A stretch of 64,000 nt of DNA from Octopus vulgaris (GCA_951406725.2 OX597822.1:49290001-49354000); one strand, 5' to 3'. Shown: positions 28,728-41,835, numbered from the stretch's first letter. Notes: generated by a model from the sequence alone, not told the origin. Numbers and translations: made by a program.

Positions 28728-29147
28728 AGGCGCAGGAGTGGCTGTGTGGTAAGTAGCTTGTTTACCAACCACATGGTTCCGGGTTCAATCCCACTGCGTG
28801 GCATCTTGGGCAAGTGTCTTCTGCTATAGCCCCGGACAAACCAATGCCTTGTGAGTGGATTTGGTAGACGGAAACTGAAAGAAGCCTGTCGTATATATGT
28901 ATGTATATATATATATTGGTGTGTATATGTTTGTGTGCCTGTGTTTGTCCCCCATAGCATTGCTTGACAACCGATGCTGGTGTGTTTACGTCCCCGTCAC
29001 TTAGCGGTTCGGCAAAAGAGACTGATAGAATAAGTACTGGGCTTACAAAGAATAAGTCCCGGGGTCGATTTTGCTCGACTAAAAGGCGGTGCTCCAGCAT
29101 GGCCGCAGTCAAATGACTGAAACAAGTAAAAGAGTAAAGAGTAAGAG
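28728..29147 (+). mobile_element. SINE family A, full length
   Basis: AGGCGCAGGAGTGGCTGTGTGG...GGTTCAATCCC...GACTGAAACAAGTAAAAGAGTAAAGAG. Confidence 0.92.
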
Positions 29148-29729
29148 TTTTCTGTTTGTATACGGTGGAAATAAATAAATAAACTATCACAGGAATATTC
29201 TTTGTAGCGTGGAATGAACTCGCAAACAATGTACATGGGTCTTGTCATCAGCAATCGGATTGTATTATTGAATAGTAATTTGATCTGAATGTGTTGAGAA
29301 CTTTAAACTTGATCTAAGAACTTCAGTTTTGATTCTTAGGTGGTTCTTTCCTTTCTGAAAACGTCACACTTAATAATCATAGCGCACTGAATGTCAATAT
29401 CTGATGTAATGCATATTGCATAATTATACACTGTAAAGTTGTAAAAGATCGTGTATAGTTTGTGAAATGTAAGATTTTATTAAGAGGCTTTGTTGTTTGC
29501 ATCTGGCGAGCGAATCTGCGAACCGGTTTCTATTCAGAGATGTTTCCCACTTATGCTTCTCTAATTATTTCCTCTAATGTCTAAAGATATATTTAACTGC
29601 AAATCGCTTTATGGCACTTAATACAAAGATATGTTCGATCATTACTGAACATGCATCTCGGCAATATACATCTCATATAAACTCTCTCTCTCTTTCTCTC
29701 TCTCCTTCTGTGTGTGTGTGTGTGTGTCG

Positions 29730-29779
29730 AATAAAGCCTTTGAGTGGATTAGATAGACAGTAACTGAACGAAACCCGTC

Positions 29780-29827
<48 letters not shown>

Positions 29828-30040
29828 TATCTATGTGTGTGTCTTTGTGTCTGTGTTTGTACCACACTACCGCTTGACAACCGGTGTTGGTTGTGTTTGC
29901 GTCACGTAACTTAGCTGTACGCCAAAGACACACACACATACATATTAATATATATGACAAGCTGCTTTCAGTCTTCCTCAGCCAAACTTTCTCACAAGGC
30001 TTTGGTCAGCCCGTGGTTATAGTAGAAGACACTTGCCTAA
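29730..30040. mobile_element. SINE family A fragments in both orientations
   Basis: AAAGCCTTTGAGTGGATT...CGCTTGACAACCGGTG (+), then CTTTCAG...CACAAGGCTTTGGTC...GAAGACACTTGCC (-). Confidence 0.7.
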
Positions 30041-31719
30041 TGTTCTTTCTGAAAATTATTTATTGATTATAAAAGCTTGTTATCTTATTATTTAACTTAA
30101 TATCACAGTGGTCAACAATTAGCTTTGTAATTAAACAGATTCTAAGTGCCTCAAGTCCGTCTCTTTTAAAGACACAGTGTAACCAGAACAGTGGCCTCTA
30201 ACACTGTTCATGTGACAGCTTAGATTATCTCAGTCAATAGTTAGGGGTGTCACGAAAGTGTAATTTTAATCAAAACAATATCAGGAATGATAGCAAGAGT
30301 GTAGTGAGACAGAAAGGTGAGGTTAGAGAAACTTTGGAAATACTGATGTTGAATTACAGATGTATTGAATAGAATAATAGAATTACAGCAGTATTGAATA
30401 GAATAATACGAACGGTTAACCAAATGATTCGGTTTTGCAGATCACTACCTCTGGTTGTTCTATCTTAACGAGCCTAAAATGTTTGGTAATTTCAGAAGAA
30501 ATCATCCTTGCACTATTACAGTACCGTATTTCTTTGTGCTTTCAAAATCCTCCGGTTATTGAACTAACCGTAACATCTCACATATTTTAACGGTATTCTT
30601 CAGCTCGACTCGGACGTTTTACAATTCTTTATCGATTTAATAGATTTCAGATAATATATATGTGCAGAATATTGCCATCAATTATGTAGAAATGCTGACA
30701 CGTCTATCAAAACCATTTATTGTCTCTAAAACATAATGTCATTTTCATGCCAATAATCTTCCATATTGAATTAAAAGACGTTATCAGTAAACTGAAGGAC
30801 TATGAACGGCATTAAAAGCGATAAATATTGAAGTGAGAGAATTAATTAAAGACAAGGAAACGTTATTATGATAGACAATGGAAGTAATTTTATTCATCTC
30901 TGCAACCTTTTATATTACGTTGAAAGCAAATATAATAGATAAAGTGAGAAACTTTCTAAACGAACAATATTTATTAATTGACCAGGCTTTTAGAAATGAA
31001 AAACAGATGTTGTGTGGATGCTATATCAACATACGGGCTATAGAAATTATCGGAAGTCCAAAGAATAAACCGTGCAAATAATTCAATTTACCCTATGACT
31101 CCATTTACAACAAATTGATAGGTAGCTTCTATATCAAAAATGAAATCTAAATTTATAATACATGGTGATTGCTTGAGAATTTTTGGCAAGAGATTTCATT
31201 ATATTTTTTATGCCCTCATTGGAAATACAGGTAACCATTTTGAAGAGAATAAATATACTTAAGTGAATATCAATTTGTGTTTGTGTTTAAATGTACGTAT
31301 TATAGCCAGTTGGTGTTTAAAAACAAAGAAGCAAGAGAGATAATTGATATCATAGATATATAATTATTTCAAATACAGCAATTTAATGGAAATTTTAATG
31401 AACTGTAATAAAATACTAGAACACATGATTTAATACTTTAATTTCAGCCACTTTTATGTGTATATTTAAAACATTTTAGTCTCTTTCTTATCCATTTATG
31501 TCATGGACAGTCTGCAGTTTAATTCACTGAATTTAAACTAATTTCAATGCAAATGTTAGGTTAACAAACGTCCAGAAATCAACAGTAGACCATAAAGACA
31601 TGAGTATTAGAAGGAAATGTTGCATTCGTAGTACGGTAGAACTACACTAATAACGACTAAATACGTGTAGCTATATATCTTTTCCTAAATCACTGCCAAT
31701 CAAGCAATGAATCGCTCAG

Positions 31720-31750
<31 letters not shown>

Positions 31751-31949
31751 CTCAGTCAGTCAGTCTGTCTGTTTGTCTATCAGTCTGACTATGTGTGTTA
31801 ATGTATATACCTCTAAACATATTAATATATATTTGATAGATTCTCTTTTCGGCAACGACAAATGAACGTTCAGTAAAATAAAACGTTAATCATGTTCTAT
31901 GGACACGAATATGTCTCTTCAGGCTTGCTGGTACTTTGAAAAATCTTTT

Positions 31950-32305
31950 GGAAAATAGAACAACTTGAGGACTCAGTGTGCTCGAATGCTTGTGAATCAT
32001 TACTATGTGTTTTCTTGAGTGGACAGCAAGGCCTGCTTTGCTTCGTGCCATAAAACGACAATGACAAGTAAGGTTTCCATTTAGAGGAGCAGCGTTTTGC
32101 TAGCGTGCCTTCACACTTGCATGAACTTGGTCCCGATGTTGGAGCCTACTTTGTTCAAATTTTTGAACTGAGGAGAAGCAGGACCGGCACCAGGTCCTGT
32201 GTTCTGATATTTTGTATTTACAGCAAGAAAAGGGAATGTTGCATTGCTTCAGATTGTCCTTGAAGCTCAAGAGTGGCCGTCCAATGACACTCCGTTGTAG
32301 CTGGA
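31950..32305 (-). pseudogene. RTE-clade LINE 3' fragment
   Basis: Minus strand: QRSVIGRPLLSFKDNLKQCNIP and TCHCRFMARSKAGLAVHSRKH (C-terminal zinc-finger-like motif of RTE ORFs). Confidence 0.65.
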
Positions 32306-32725
32306 CAAGTAAGACGTGTTCTTGTTTGTCTCCTGTCCTCGCTTGTTTTACGCGTTCGCCACCACATACTCGTTCAGACTCAGCAGCCCTTCCTGTTTGT
32401 TTTCACTGCCCTGTTTGTGTTATCAATTTTGACCCTCCGCAAAATCCCAAATTTTATTTAATTTCCTTTGGTCTGTTTTATCAAAAGCGCATATTGTTGT
32501 TAAATGCTCGAAAAACGAGACTAGAAAAACAGCCAACAACTGATGAAGGGTTGTTCTTTATGCTGCTTGCTTTGTTTTCCATTTGTGTCTTTCGTTGTAC
32601 GAAAGAATAGTTCATGCTTCGTACTTTTTTGTTGTACACCTTTCGTGACGTCCTGTGCCCACATATGCACAAACACACACACATACATATCTATACACGT
32701 ATAGATATATGTAGGTACATATACG

Positions 32726-32757
<32 letters not shown>

Positions 32758-33434
32758 ATATTTTGAACTAATGGGTATATGCCAACTAGTGTGTTGAGTA
32801 AAGCATATTCCTAGTTTGGGGTACCTGGTGTCGTCACAGATGGGATTTCCCCTAGATCTACGTCAGGAATTCCGCTGTGTCGAGATAATAATTGATGAAA
32901 GAAAAGGAAGATAGATTCAGCGCTAGTCTTTATTCAGTGCGATGATCGTTTCGACCCATTCTGCAACTGCCTGTTATCGGTATGGTATTGTGCATACCGA
33001 TAACAGGTATGCTAGATATACTGAGTTCTCCTAGGAATGCTGTTCTTGCTCGCTGTACTTTGGATATAACCGGCTAATGACGCTCGCTACAGTTGTCCAT
33101 GAAATATATAGCATAAAGTTATATAGAACCTGTCAAAGATAGGTTACATTTAGCTTAATGGGAGGAGTGTGCATTCTCGAACAGGAACACACGTTCAGAC
33201 AGGTGTGCGCGCGCACATACGCACGCCATTACAAAATCATAATAGAGAGTAAAAACTGCCAAAGAATAAGATTAAGGGGTAGGAATCTAAATTCTTGGTT
33301 ATAAACACAGATAAAGCATACAGTCACACACATCAATTATTTTATATATATATATATATATTACGGAGATGTACTTGCATAGCAAGTGATTTTATCTGAG
33401 GTCGTGTGCTGAAACGAAAACAATTGACATATAT

Positions 33435-33470
<36 letters not shown>

Positions 33471-33473
<3 letters not shown>

Positions 33474-33881
33474 TTTACTCTTTTACTCTCTAACCTGTTT
33501 CAGTCATTTGACTGTGGCCATGCTGGAGCAACGCCTTTAGTCGAGCGAATCGACACCAGGACTTATTCTTTGTAAGCCTAGTACTTATTCTATCGGTATC
33601 TTTTGCCGAACCGCTACGGTACGGGGAGGTAAACTCACCAGCATCGGTTGTCAAGCGATGTTGGGGGGACAAACACAGACACACAAACATACACATATAT
33701 ATATATATACACATATACGACGGCCTTCTTTCAGTTTCCTTCTACCAGATCCACTCACAAGGCTTTGGTCGGCCCGAGGCTATAGTAGAAGACACTTGCC
33801 CATGGTGCCACGCATTGGGACTGAACCCGGAACCATGTGGTTAGAAAGCAAGGTACTTACCACACAGCCACTCCTACGCCT
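33471..33881 (-). mobile_element. SINE family A, full length
   Basis: Reverse-complement match to the 28728 and 47002 copies. Confidence 0.92.
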
Positions 33882-33950
33882 ATATATATGTATATATATA
33901 TGCATATATATGTATATATATATATATATCATATGGGGGAAAGAAAACGG

Positions 33951-34046
33951 AACCACTACAATCGTTTCGACCAGTACCTTGAATGCAAGATGCTGTACAA
34001 GCACTTGTGATGCATTGTAGAAGCAGGTGCGTCTCCTCGGGTAACT
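33951..34046 (-). ncRNA. Hammerhead ribozyme-like motif with long stem II (U4C core)
   Basis: Minus strand: AGTTAC CCGAGGA GAC...(extended hairpin)...GTC GAAA CGATTG TA GTGGTT; stem I relies on G-U pairs. Confidence 0.55.
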
Positions 34047-34427
34047 TTTCAAAAATTACTACTTTTCTCTTGCTGTTTTGCTTATTTCTAAGACAGTACA
34101 TTTTAGTAAGTTTAGCGTACTATGCGTCTCCATAACGAACAGAGCTATAATGAAGAATTCTTTGTCATATGAACAATAAAATAATGTATGCAAAGATAAA
34201 AGAAAAAGGAAACTTAAATGAAATAGATGAATCAAATAAAATGTAATACACCGATAATAAGACACCGTTAAATAAAAACATAAAATATACATTCGATCAG
34301 AATAGCACAAAAAAATCAATCGGGCTCTGATATTGACCATTATATCTCATCAAAACAAATACACACATACATACATACATACATACATACATACATACAT
34401 ACATACATACATACATACATACATACG

Positions 34428-34509
<82 letters not shown>

Positions 34510-35967
34510 TGTGTGTACAGGTGTGTCAATTCGTTATAGTCGTTTCAAGCGACTCCTTTAACTGATTAATGAAAACATTACATCATTTGAAAGAAACCGT
34601 TCTCGCCAGATGGAAAAAACAAACTGCTCTAACATATTCACATCAATAATGAGACTCAAAATATTTACATTGTTTCTGTTGTCATATCGCTGGCAGAATG
34701 AGTTTAGAAAGTATTGCATATCTTGTCAAGTCTACTATAATTTAGAGAGTAGCAGCCGTCTAGAATAAAATCTATTGGGAGTTGTCAACGGTATTCTAAA
34801 TCAATCAATGTTAGACGATCTATTAAACCCTATATACTGGAACCATTTTTCCAGCTTTGTCAACACAAAAGACTAGGGCGTGGGGTAGTAATAAGGGAAT
34901 GCCTGATGGGGAAGATATGATAATTGGAAGAAAGAGGGGTAAGAAGAGCTAATACTTATTTTGATTATCATATTACAGGCAACGACAATGAAAAAAAAAG
35001 AAAGAAGTAATATAAATTTAGGGGTAGAATTTAAAATCAGAGAATATGGGAGGTATTATAACTTAGCCAATTTGTAATATTAAAGCCAAATATTTAAACC
35101 AAGATATAGAAGAAGGTTAAAAGCTAAATCTAAAACTTAATAATTGGATAGTGTAATATATAAGAGAAAAATATATTAAGACTTTTCATAAACTTAGTGA
35201 ATAAAAGATCATGGTAAAAATATTTATAATGACTGTAATACGGAATTAAATTATCATATAAATAGAAAATTAGAGTATACGTTAAACTAATATAAGAACT
35301 ATTTGCTTCATTACGAGATGATGAATATAAAATCTCTTAAGAAATGGTATCCAATATATGGAGTAATTAAATTACAGATATTTCAAATGTATAAGGAAGT
35401 ACATTCAGATATCATATTTAAACAAATTTAGGCATATAAACACTTAATGAATATACTACATGATTGAAAAATATAATAAAATAAGAATTCACATATACAA
35501 ATATACAATGAATTATATAACAACCCCATAAAAAATGATAAATTAAAAACGCTATGAAAGTATATAAAAGGATATATAAATGTATAAAAATACCAAATAT
35601 AAAATATAACAATTTATAAAATATAATGTGTAATTACAAATATAATAGTAAAACATTACATTAAACAGTGAGTTATATGAAAAGAAAGTATAAGTTGCCA
35701 AACAATCTACAAACTATAAAAGCCATACAAATGTATAAGAGGGTATATAAATGCAAAAAAATTTAATAATATAAAATATAAAACTTTATAAGTGATGGAT
35801 TTATAATTTATATTTAATTAGAGGATGTATCAGCCTCAGGAAGGGGGTAGAAATACTAGTTCAATACCCAGTATTTCGGGGGAATGAATTTCCTTAACAT
35901 AACAGGTATATCTTAAAAATATATAGTTAATATCCATTTAAAAGAAATGGAAATGGAGACTAGGACG

Positions 35968-36017
<50 letters not shown>

Positions 36018-36471
36018 TGGGGCAAAGAATGGCTGAACTTGGGTTTGGGGGTAGATAATTCATACACTACAATTGATAACAATATCAGGGGCTCTAAAAA
36101 TCTGCGAGACGTTCTTAAGATTTAATGGATGATGAACAAAACAATACGCTTTCCTTCACAGCTTGCCAACAAGTCGTAGTCAGTCAAAATTTATTATTCT
36201 GAAATAAAAAAGACAGTACACACACATACACACGTATGCATATATATATATACATATATATATATATACACATACGTACGTGTATATACATATGAATAAG
36301 TAAGTCTTTTTATATTCCTAAGACTGAGGCATAACAGGGTGGGAAAATAGTACCCGAATACCAAACTAATGTACTTTATATTAAAGCTGAAAAATTATCA
36401 CAAAACTGTCACTCATAGTTCGGTGGCCAATTGTGATATATATATATATATATATATGCGAAGGTTCTGAG

Positions 36472-36546
<75 letters not shown>

Positions 36547-36616
36547 AGGAGAATTGGGTATATAGAAAGTGTTTGGGTAGGATGTGATAGTATCATTCAT
36601 TCATAAACTCTCTTAC

Positions 36617-36740
36617 CTTGGTAGTTTCCATTCGACATCGGTGAGAACCGGCAAAAACATTTGTTTCTTTAGAACCATCTGTCTGAGGACATTGGTTGAT
36701 GTCTACTTTTTCCAAATCTATATCAATGCCACTTGTGCCT
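36617..36740 (-). CDS. Internal coding exon of a GPR158/GPR179/CG31760-like class C GPCR (extracellular Cache/Cys-rich region)
   Basis: Acceptor ttattacAG at 36742-36741 and donor GTAAGA from 36616; 1 nt + 41 codons: GTSGIDIDLEKVDINQCPQTDGSKETNVFAGSHRCRMETTK, matching the GTSGIDIDLxxVDIxQC...N(I/V)FAxSxxC...TT motif I recall from invertebrate CG31760/GPR158-like proteins. No flanking exons found in the window. Confidence 0.88.
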
Positions 36741-37899
36741 CTGTAATAATAATCAGTAGAATATTTATTAATCATAACAATAAATATACTCTGGTAGTTC
36801 GCATTTCTATAGAACAGTAGACATGACATAATAAGTCTGATATCCTCTTCATGACAAATATTATTCAACATAATCACACTACTAAATGACTGTAAGAATG
36901 TAGTAAAGAAATAGTCTGAAAAGCTTTAGAATTACGAAGAGGTAACCGTTGTATTAAAAAGAACATGAAAGTTGTATCTCATTTTGAAAGAAGCAGTTTA
37001 TGTTCAAAGGTATTGCGACTATAACCATCTTGTCTCTTTTGGGGGTACGTAATCTGCACTGTCCAGTGTACCCATTCTTTTCCTGAGAGGATTGGGTATG
37101 ATTTAGTGGAGATTAGACTGTTATTTCTAGCATTTCGATAGAACTTATTACATCGACCTAATACAAGCACACTTGTTAAAATAGTTATGAGACGTATTTA
37201 AACGTCCCATTTGCAATTGCCACAACTGATATACAATCACCTTTCTGAATGCAGTGAAAGGGATCATATAAAGATATGTACTTTGTAGAAAACTGTTCAT
37301 GTTATGAAGGATTTCTCACACAATTTGTTATATACCGCGTGTTTTGTCTGTGTACTTGTATGCTACTATTTTATTTGCTTCTGTTGTTCTTGAGTCGTTC
37401 CATGTCAACTGTAATGGAACAGATTTGTCATTAAAAAAATTCCAGTCGTGATCACTCCGTGTTTTTCTTCATGTATTGTCATTATTTAACGTGTTCTTTT
37501 CGAGGGCAACTACTTGTGAATAGAAAGTTACATGGCTATTGTTTTTATCGCATCGAGCGATTACATTAAAGCTATCTTACAAAATAACATTTACAAACAA
37601 TATCATTCTGTAAAATGTACAAAATGTACCCTAAACCAGTAAATACCCTTGTTTGGAACAGGATTTTGGAAGTTGCATAGTCACCTATTTTTTATGTCAC
37701 GACACTCACTCATTGGCTTTTTTAATGTTTTTTTTTATGGTTTCACCATGGTTCCTTGGCTCCAGCATTTTTTGTTCTCTCAAGTTATAATTTCTCCTCA
37801 ACAGGTAGCGCAATAAGTCGGAGAAGATTCCTTGTTTGTGTTGTGTCCTCCGTCTGGATGTATGACAATATATAACTTTTGTGTTACTTTATGTGTTAT

Positions 37900-38420
37900 A
37901 CTCCTAGCTACCCTTCTCATATTCATGGGAATTTTTTTCTCCTGGAACATTCATCAAGTCGGTGAGTCATCTTTGAATTTCAAGCAATTTATTATCTAGT
38001 TGGTTCATTTCCCCTGCATGTCCACCCACCACAGTATTAGGGTTCACTGTATTACTTTCCTGTTCCTCATCCTTGGCAGTCCCATCACCCTTTCCCTGTT
38101 CTTCCTGTCTACTCGTCTCTCTGCTTTCAACTACTACCTCTGTGTTTTCAACTCGGACCATCCTTTGTGGCCCATCCGCAGGGCCTCTCAGACTCTCACT
38201 AATCCAATATATTTCTACTCTAGTTAAGTGACCATTCTTCCTAATCATTCTCACTTGGTTCATTAGTTTATTTTCTGACATTGGACCCATATCCTTTTCC
38301 ATCCAAAATTTCAAGGTACGTCGGCCTCCTCTGTACCGTTCACTTACGTCTGTTTTTGCGCACACCGTGTATGTGAACTGTTGTGACATAACAACCGTCC
38401 AAGGCCAAATCACTGCCTCT
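37900..38420 (-). pseudogene. R4/Dong-like ORF N-terminal fragment
   Basis: LKFWMEKDMGPMSENKLMNQVRMIRKNGHLTRVEI resembles the W...EQRLxxQxRxIRKNGWL.xxEL motif of R4/Dong ORFs. Confidence 0.55.
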
Positions 38421-38805
38421 GATCCGGGCGATTTCGGACGTGCCAGGCGGGAAACCTTCACCATGATCGGCTGTAGCTTCAAAAGAAATGAAGGTGGTAA
38501 GCACCTCCCAATATATACAAACTGCACAATTGCAAAAACTGTAGACAACAGCAAAACTTATAAAAAGAAGCGAAAAATCAGAAATTCAAAAATCCGACGA
38601 TGTGAACGTATATATATATATATATAGATATATATATATATGGGTGTGTGTGATTGTGTATAGAAGAATATATTAATAAAAAGAATTCCAACCTTGTCTG
38701 ATTTTCACGTTTTATTTACAATCTTATAATGATATATTATAAGATAATATATTATAATTGAGTAAAATAAAATGAAATAGTAGAATGTTAAATATTCATT
38801 CTGAT

Positions 38806-38850
38806 TGAACTAGTACTTTCATGCATTGAATTCTGCAATCTTCGGGTTCA
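38806..38850 (-). ncRNA. Minimal hammerhead ribozyme-like motif in PLE pLTR (U4C core)
   Basis: Minus strand: TGAAC CCGAAGA T TGCA gaattcaa TGCA T GAAA GTAC TA GTTCA. Confidence 0.7.
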
Positions 38851-39344
38851 TGTAGTAGTGTTGACAGTCATGCTTCACAATTTTTGACTGTAGCAAGATG
38901 AGTGATTCTGTGCTATAAATACAGCTGGGTAGGCTCCAGAGTGCTAGGTTTTGCAAACTGTATTCTGACCAATCAGTGTGTAGTATCACTCAATTACTTA
39001 AGCTGATTGGTTGGTTGAGCTGATTGGTTTAGGCATCACGCTTTGTTGGACAGGTCAAGAGTCCTGTATCTTGACCCTGGCCGAAGCAGCAATTGTTGGG
39101 TTATTTTTAGAAATGTTGTAAATATCCTTTGTCAGAGATTTTTATATGTTTATATTTCAATTGTCATCATCATCATTGTCAGCACCTTAATTATTGTTGC
39201 TAGTGGTGATGGTGGTGGCAATAGAACTTTTAACCCTAAATAAGATAATTTTCCTGCTATCTTCGTCTTGATCACCTTTAGTATTGTTGTTGTTGTTAGT
39301 GGTCATGGTCGTAGCAGTGGAAGTAATACCTCTAAGTATTATTA

Positions 39345-41414
39345 TTATTGCTTATTTAGCTTGGGTTCGAATTTATCAATAAAATTCTTTTCTCTGATTT
39401 TCCTCTCGATTTCACTTGGGCTGTGTAATTTGTAGAATGGAAATATTATATATATTTTCCGACCACATGTTGCTAGGTGGTTACTCAAAGGTATCTGACG
39501 GACCTCTGGGTCTCTAATCTGTTGCCGGTGTACACGTGAGCGTTCTAATAGTGCGTTTCCCGTCTGACCTACATATATTTCTTCACAATTTGGGCATTTG
39601 ATGCAGTAAATTAAATTTCTGCTTTTGCAGTTCATATTCGCGTTTGTGAATATTTTCCCGGTTTTTGTGTTTATATATTGACCGGTATGTATGAATTGGC
39701 ATGTGCCACATCGGCTATCATTGCATTTAGATACCGTGAATGTTTGGTCTTTGTTGCTGAGGTCAAATTTTGCCTTTGTTAGTAATGTTTTCAAGTTTTT
39801 AGGCTGTCTTTTACTAAGCACCATAGCTCGATCCTTGATTATGTCTTTTAATTCATTACTTTGGGCAATGATTGGAAGGTTTGCTTTGGCAATGTTGAAG
39901 ATATTCTGGTGACATGGGTTGTGTGTCACTATGAATGGTATGACTTGTTCTTGTTTTCCTCTTCCTTGGGTTGTCCTAAGTTGTTGTATAGGTATTTTTA
40001 TAGCCCGCTGTATGCCATTTTCTATAAGTAGAGATGGGTATTTTTGTTTGAGCAAAAATTCTCTTAGTTCTATTAGGCGTTTGTTCCTGATATTTGCATC
40101 TTCTACAATAGTACAAATTCTTCTGGCTAGGCAGTATGGGATGTTACGTTTTGTATGTGGTGGATGGCACGACTTAAAATTTAGGTATTGATGTGTGTCT
40201 GTGTGTTTATAGTATATATCTGTGGTGATGGTGGTGTCATTTTTAATTACCATTATATCCAGGAATGGTAATTTGGTACTACTCATCTCCTTTGTAAATT
40301 TGAGAGATGGGTGTAGGTTGTTCAGGAGGATATTGAACTCTTCCAGAGTATTTAGAGATTCTGTCCAGATTATGAAACAGTCGTCTAGGTATCTCTTCCA
40401 TGCCTTTTCAATATACTTTCTAAATCCAGTGCCATAGTTTACCTCCACCTCTTGGTAGAGTTGTTCTTCTAAGTATCCCATTACAGAGTTGGCGTAAACG
40501 GGAGCAAACCTCGTTCCCATCGCCGTGCCTCTAATTTGGATGTAATTCTTTCCATTGAAGAAGAATGTGTTATTTTCTAGAATAAGTTTGACTGTGTCTA
40601 ATATAAATGCCACTGTGAATCTGCTGGGAATCACTTCTCTATGTTTTTCTAACCAGTATTTAATCGCCTTTATTCCTAAATCGTGTGGAATATTGGTGTA
40701 GAGGCTTACCACATCAAAACTTAGCAAAACTGAATTTGTTTCTGTTGTTTTGGGAAGATGGGACAGGAAGTCGATGTCATCCCTCATGAAACTTGGTATG
40801 TAAGTACATAGTGGTTTCAAAACAATGTCAATAAAATTGCTTAGACGGTGTGTAGGGCATGCTGGACCAGCTATAATAGGTCTAAGTTTTAGGTCTTTTG
40901 GATGTAATAATTTTATGTACTCACTTTCTTGTTCTTTTACTGCCTGTTGAATGTTTTTTGATTTGTGTATTTTTGGTAAGCCGTAGAAGTTGCTGGGTTT
41001 TGGTTCAAAATTGGTGATGTAGTCTTTTTCATTATCCGTAAGTGAGTTGTGGTGTGTTGAAATCAGGTTGTTGATCTTTTTCATGATGTGGTGGTCTATA
41101 TTTGCGGGTATTTCACAATAGAAGGTTGTATCCTTCAGTTGGTCTTCAACCAAATCCTTATAGTATTCGGTATCCATAATAACAATTGCACCACCTTTAT
41201 CTGCTTGTTTAATTATTATTGTTTGATCGTTTTGTATACGTTTACATGCAGACATCTCTGATTTGCTAATGTTTGGCCTAACATTGGTATTGCGTCTAAG
41301 GGGAAATTTAGACAGGATATCAATGTATTGGTCAAGGTAGTTATTTCTTCCTTTTGGTGGGGTGAAATTTGATTTATTCCTTACTAGGGATTCATCAATC
41401 TCATTATATATCAT
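39345..41414 (-). CDS. Penelope-like element ORF (reverse transcriptase + GIY-YIG endonuclease), Neptune-type, 5'-truncated
   Basis: 689-aa open frame with ADKGGAIVIM, FYGLPKIHK, LRPIIAG, FDVVSLYTNIP, GTAMGTRFAPVYAN, RYLDD, CxxxxCxxC linker (CNDSRCGTC) and NLIYCIKC...YVGQT. Confidence 0.95.
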   Translation of the reverse strand: MIYNEIDESLVRNKSNFTPPKGRNNYLDQYIDILSKFPLRRNTNVRPNISKSEMSACKRIQNDQTIIIKQADKGGAIVIMDTEYYKDLVEDQLKDTTFYCEIPANIDHHIMKKINNLISTHHNSLTDNEKDYITNFEPKPSNFYGLPKIHKSKNIQQAVKEQESEYIKLLHPKDLKLRPIIAGPACPTHRLSNFIDIVLKPLCTYIPSFMRDDIDFLSHLPKTTETNSVLLSFDVVSLYTNIPHDLGIKAIKYWLEKHREVIPSRFTVAFILDTVKLILENNTFFFNGKNYIQIRGTAMGTRFAPVYANSVMGYLEEQLYQEVEVNYGTGFRKYIEKAWKRYLDDCFIIWTESLNTLEEFNILLNNLHPSLKFTKEMSSTKLPFLDIMVIKNDTTITTDIYYKHTDTHQYLNFKSCHPPHTKRNIPYCLARRICTIVEDANIRNKRLIELREFLLKQKYPSLLIENGIQRAIKIPIQQLRTTQGRGKQEQVIPFIVTHNPCHQNIFNIAKANLPIIAQSNELKDIIKDRAMVLSKRQPKNLKTLLTKAKFDLSNKDQTFTVSKCNDSRCGTCQFIHTGQYINTKTGKIFTNANMNCKSRNLIYCIKCPNCEEIYVGQTGNALLERSRVHRQQIRDPEVRQIPLSNHLATCGRKIYIIFPFYKLHSPSEIERKIREKNFIDKFEPKLNKQ

Positions 41415-41689
41415 TTATAAGATAAATAAAACGTAAAATCATAATTCTTTTTATTAATATATATATTCTATAAATAATTAAAAATAGAACAAGGTGACTT
41501 GGTTCTTTTCAAGACCAAGGTCAGCGCTCGCATACATCGCTCGTAGTAGTAAACACATTTGACCTGTGCTGACCCCAAGTGTATGAGGGCCTTTTTGTCT
41601 CCTTATCGCACAGATACACTACTGATCACCTCACCATCTGCCGAATGTATTTACAGACCTGTAGAATTTGGTCTATTCACCAAACTGCT

Positions 41690-41835
41690 TCTCTTCCTCC
41701 TACTCTCAAGACGGTTACGATACAAGTGATTGTGGGAGCACTTGAAATGACCAGTAAAGAAATGAAAAAATTGTTGAGAATGAGCCCTGGATTACCATTC
41801 ATGCAGCGAGCGCAATAGATAGTATTAAGTGTTAA
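41690..41835 (+). pseudogene. R4/Dong-like ORF C-terminal fragment
   Basis: LKTVTIQVIVGALEMTSKEMKKLLRMSPGLPFMQRAQ resembles the VPVVIGALG...IPG.P...LQK end of R4-clade ORFs. Confidence 0.6.

Larger units (their letters stand above)
38659..41470 (-). mobile_element. Penelope-like retroelement with 3' pLTR and short inverted pLTR copy at its 5' end
   Basis: 41405-41470 is a gapped reverse-complement copy of 38659-38737; the ORF lies between; hammerhead-like motif at 38806-38850 in the 3' pLTR. Confidence 0.85.

Noticed and set aside
35830-35890. GAAATAC-containing stems as possible hammerhead (similar cases near 44760, 55220 and 32540)
   Set aside because: No consistent core plus stems I and II could be assembled.
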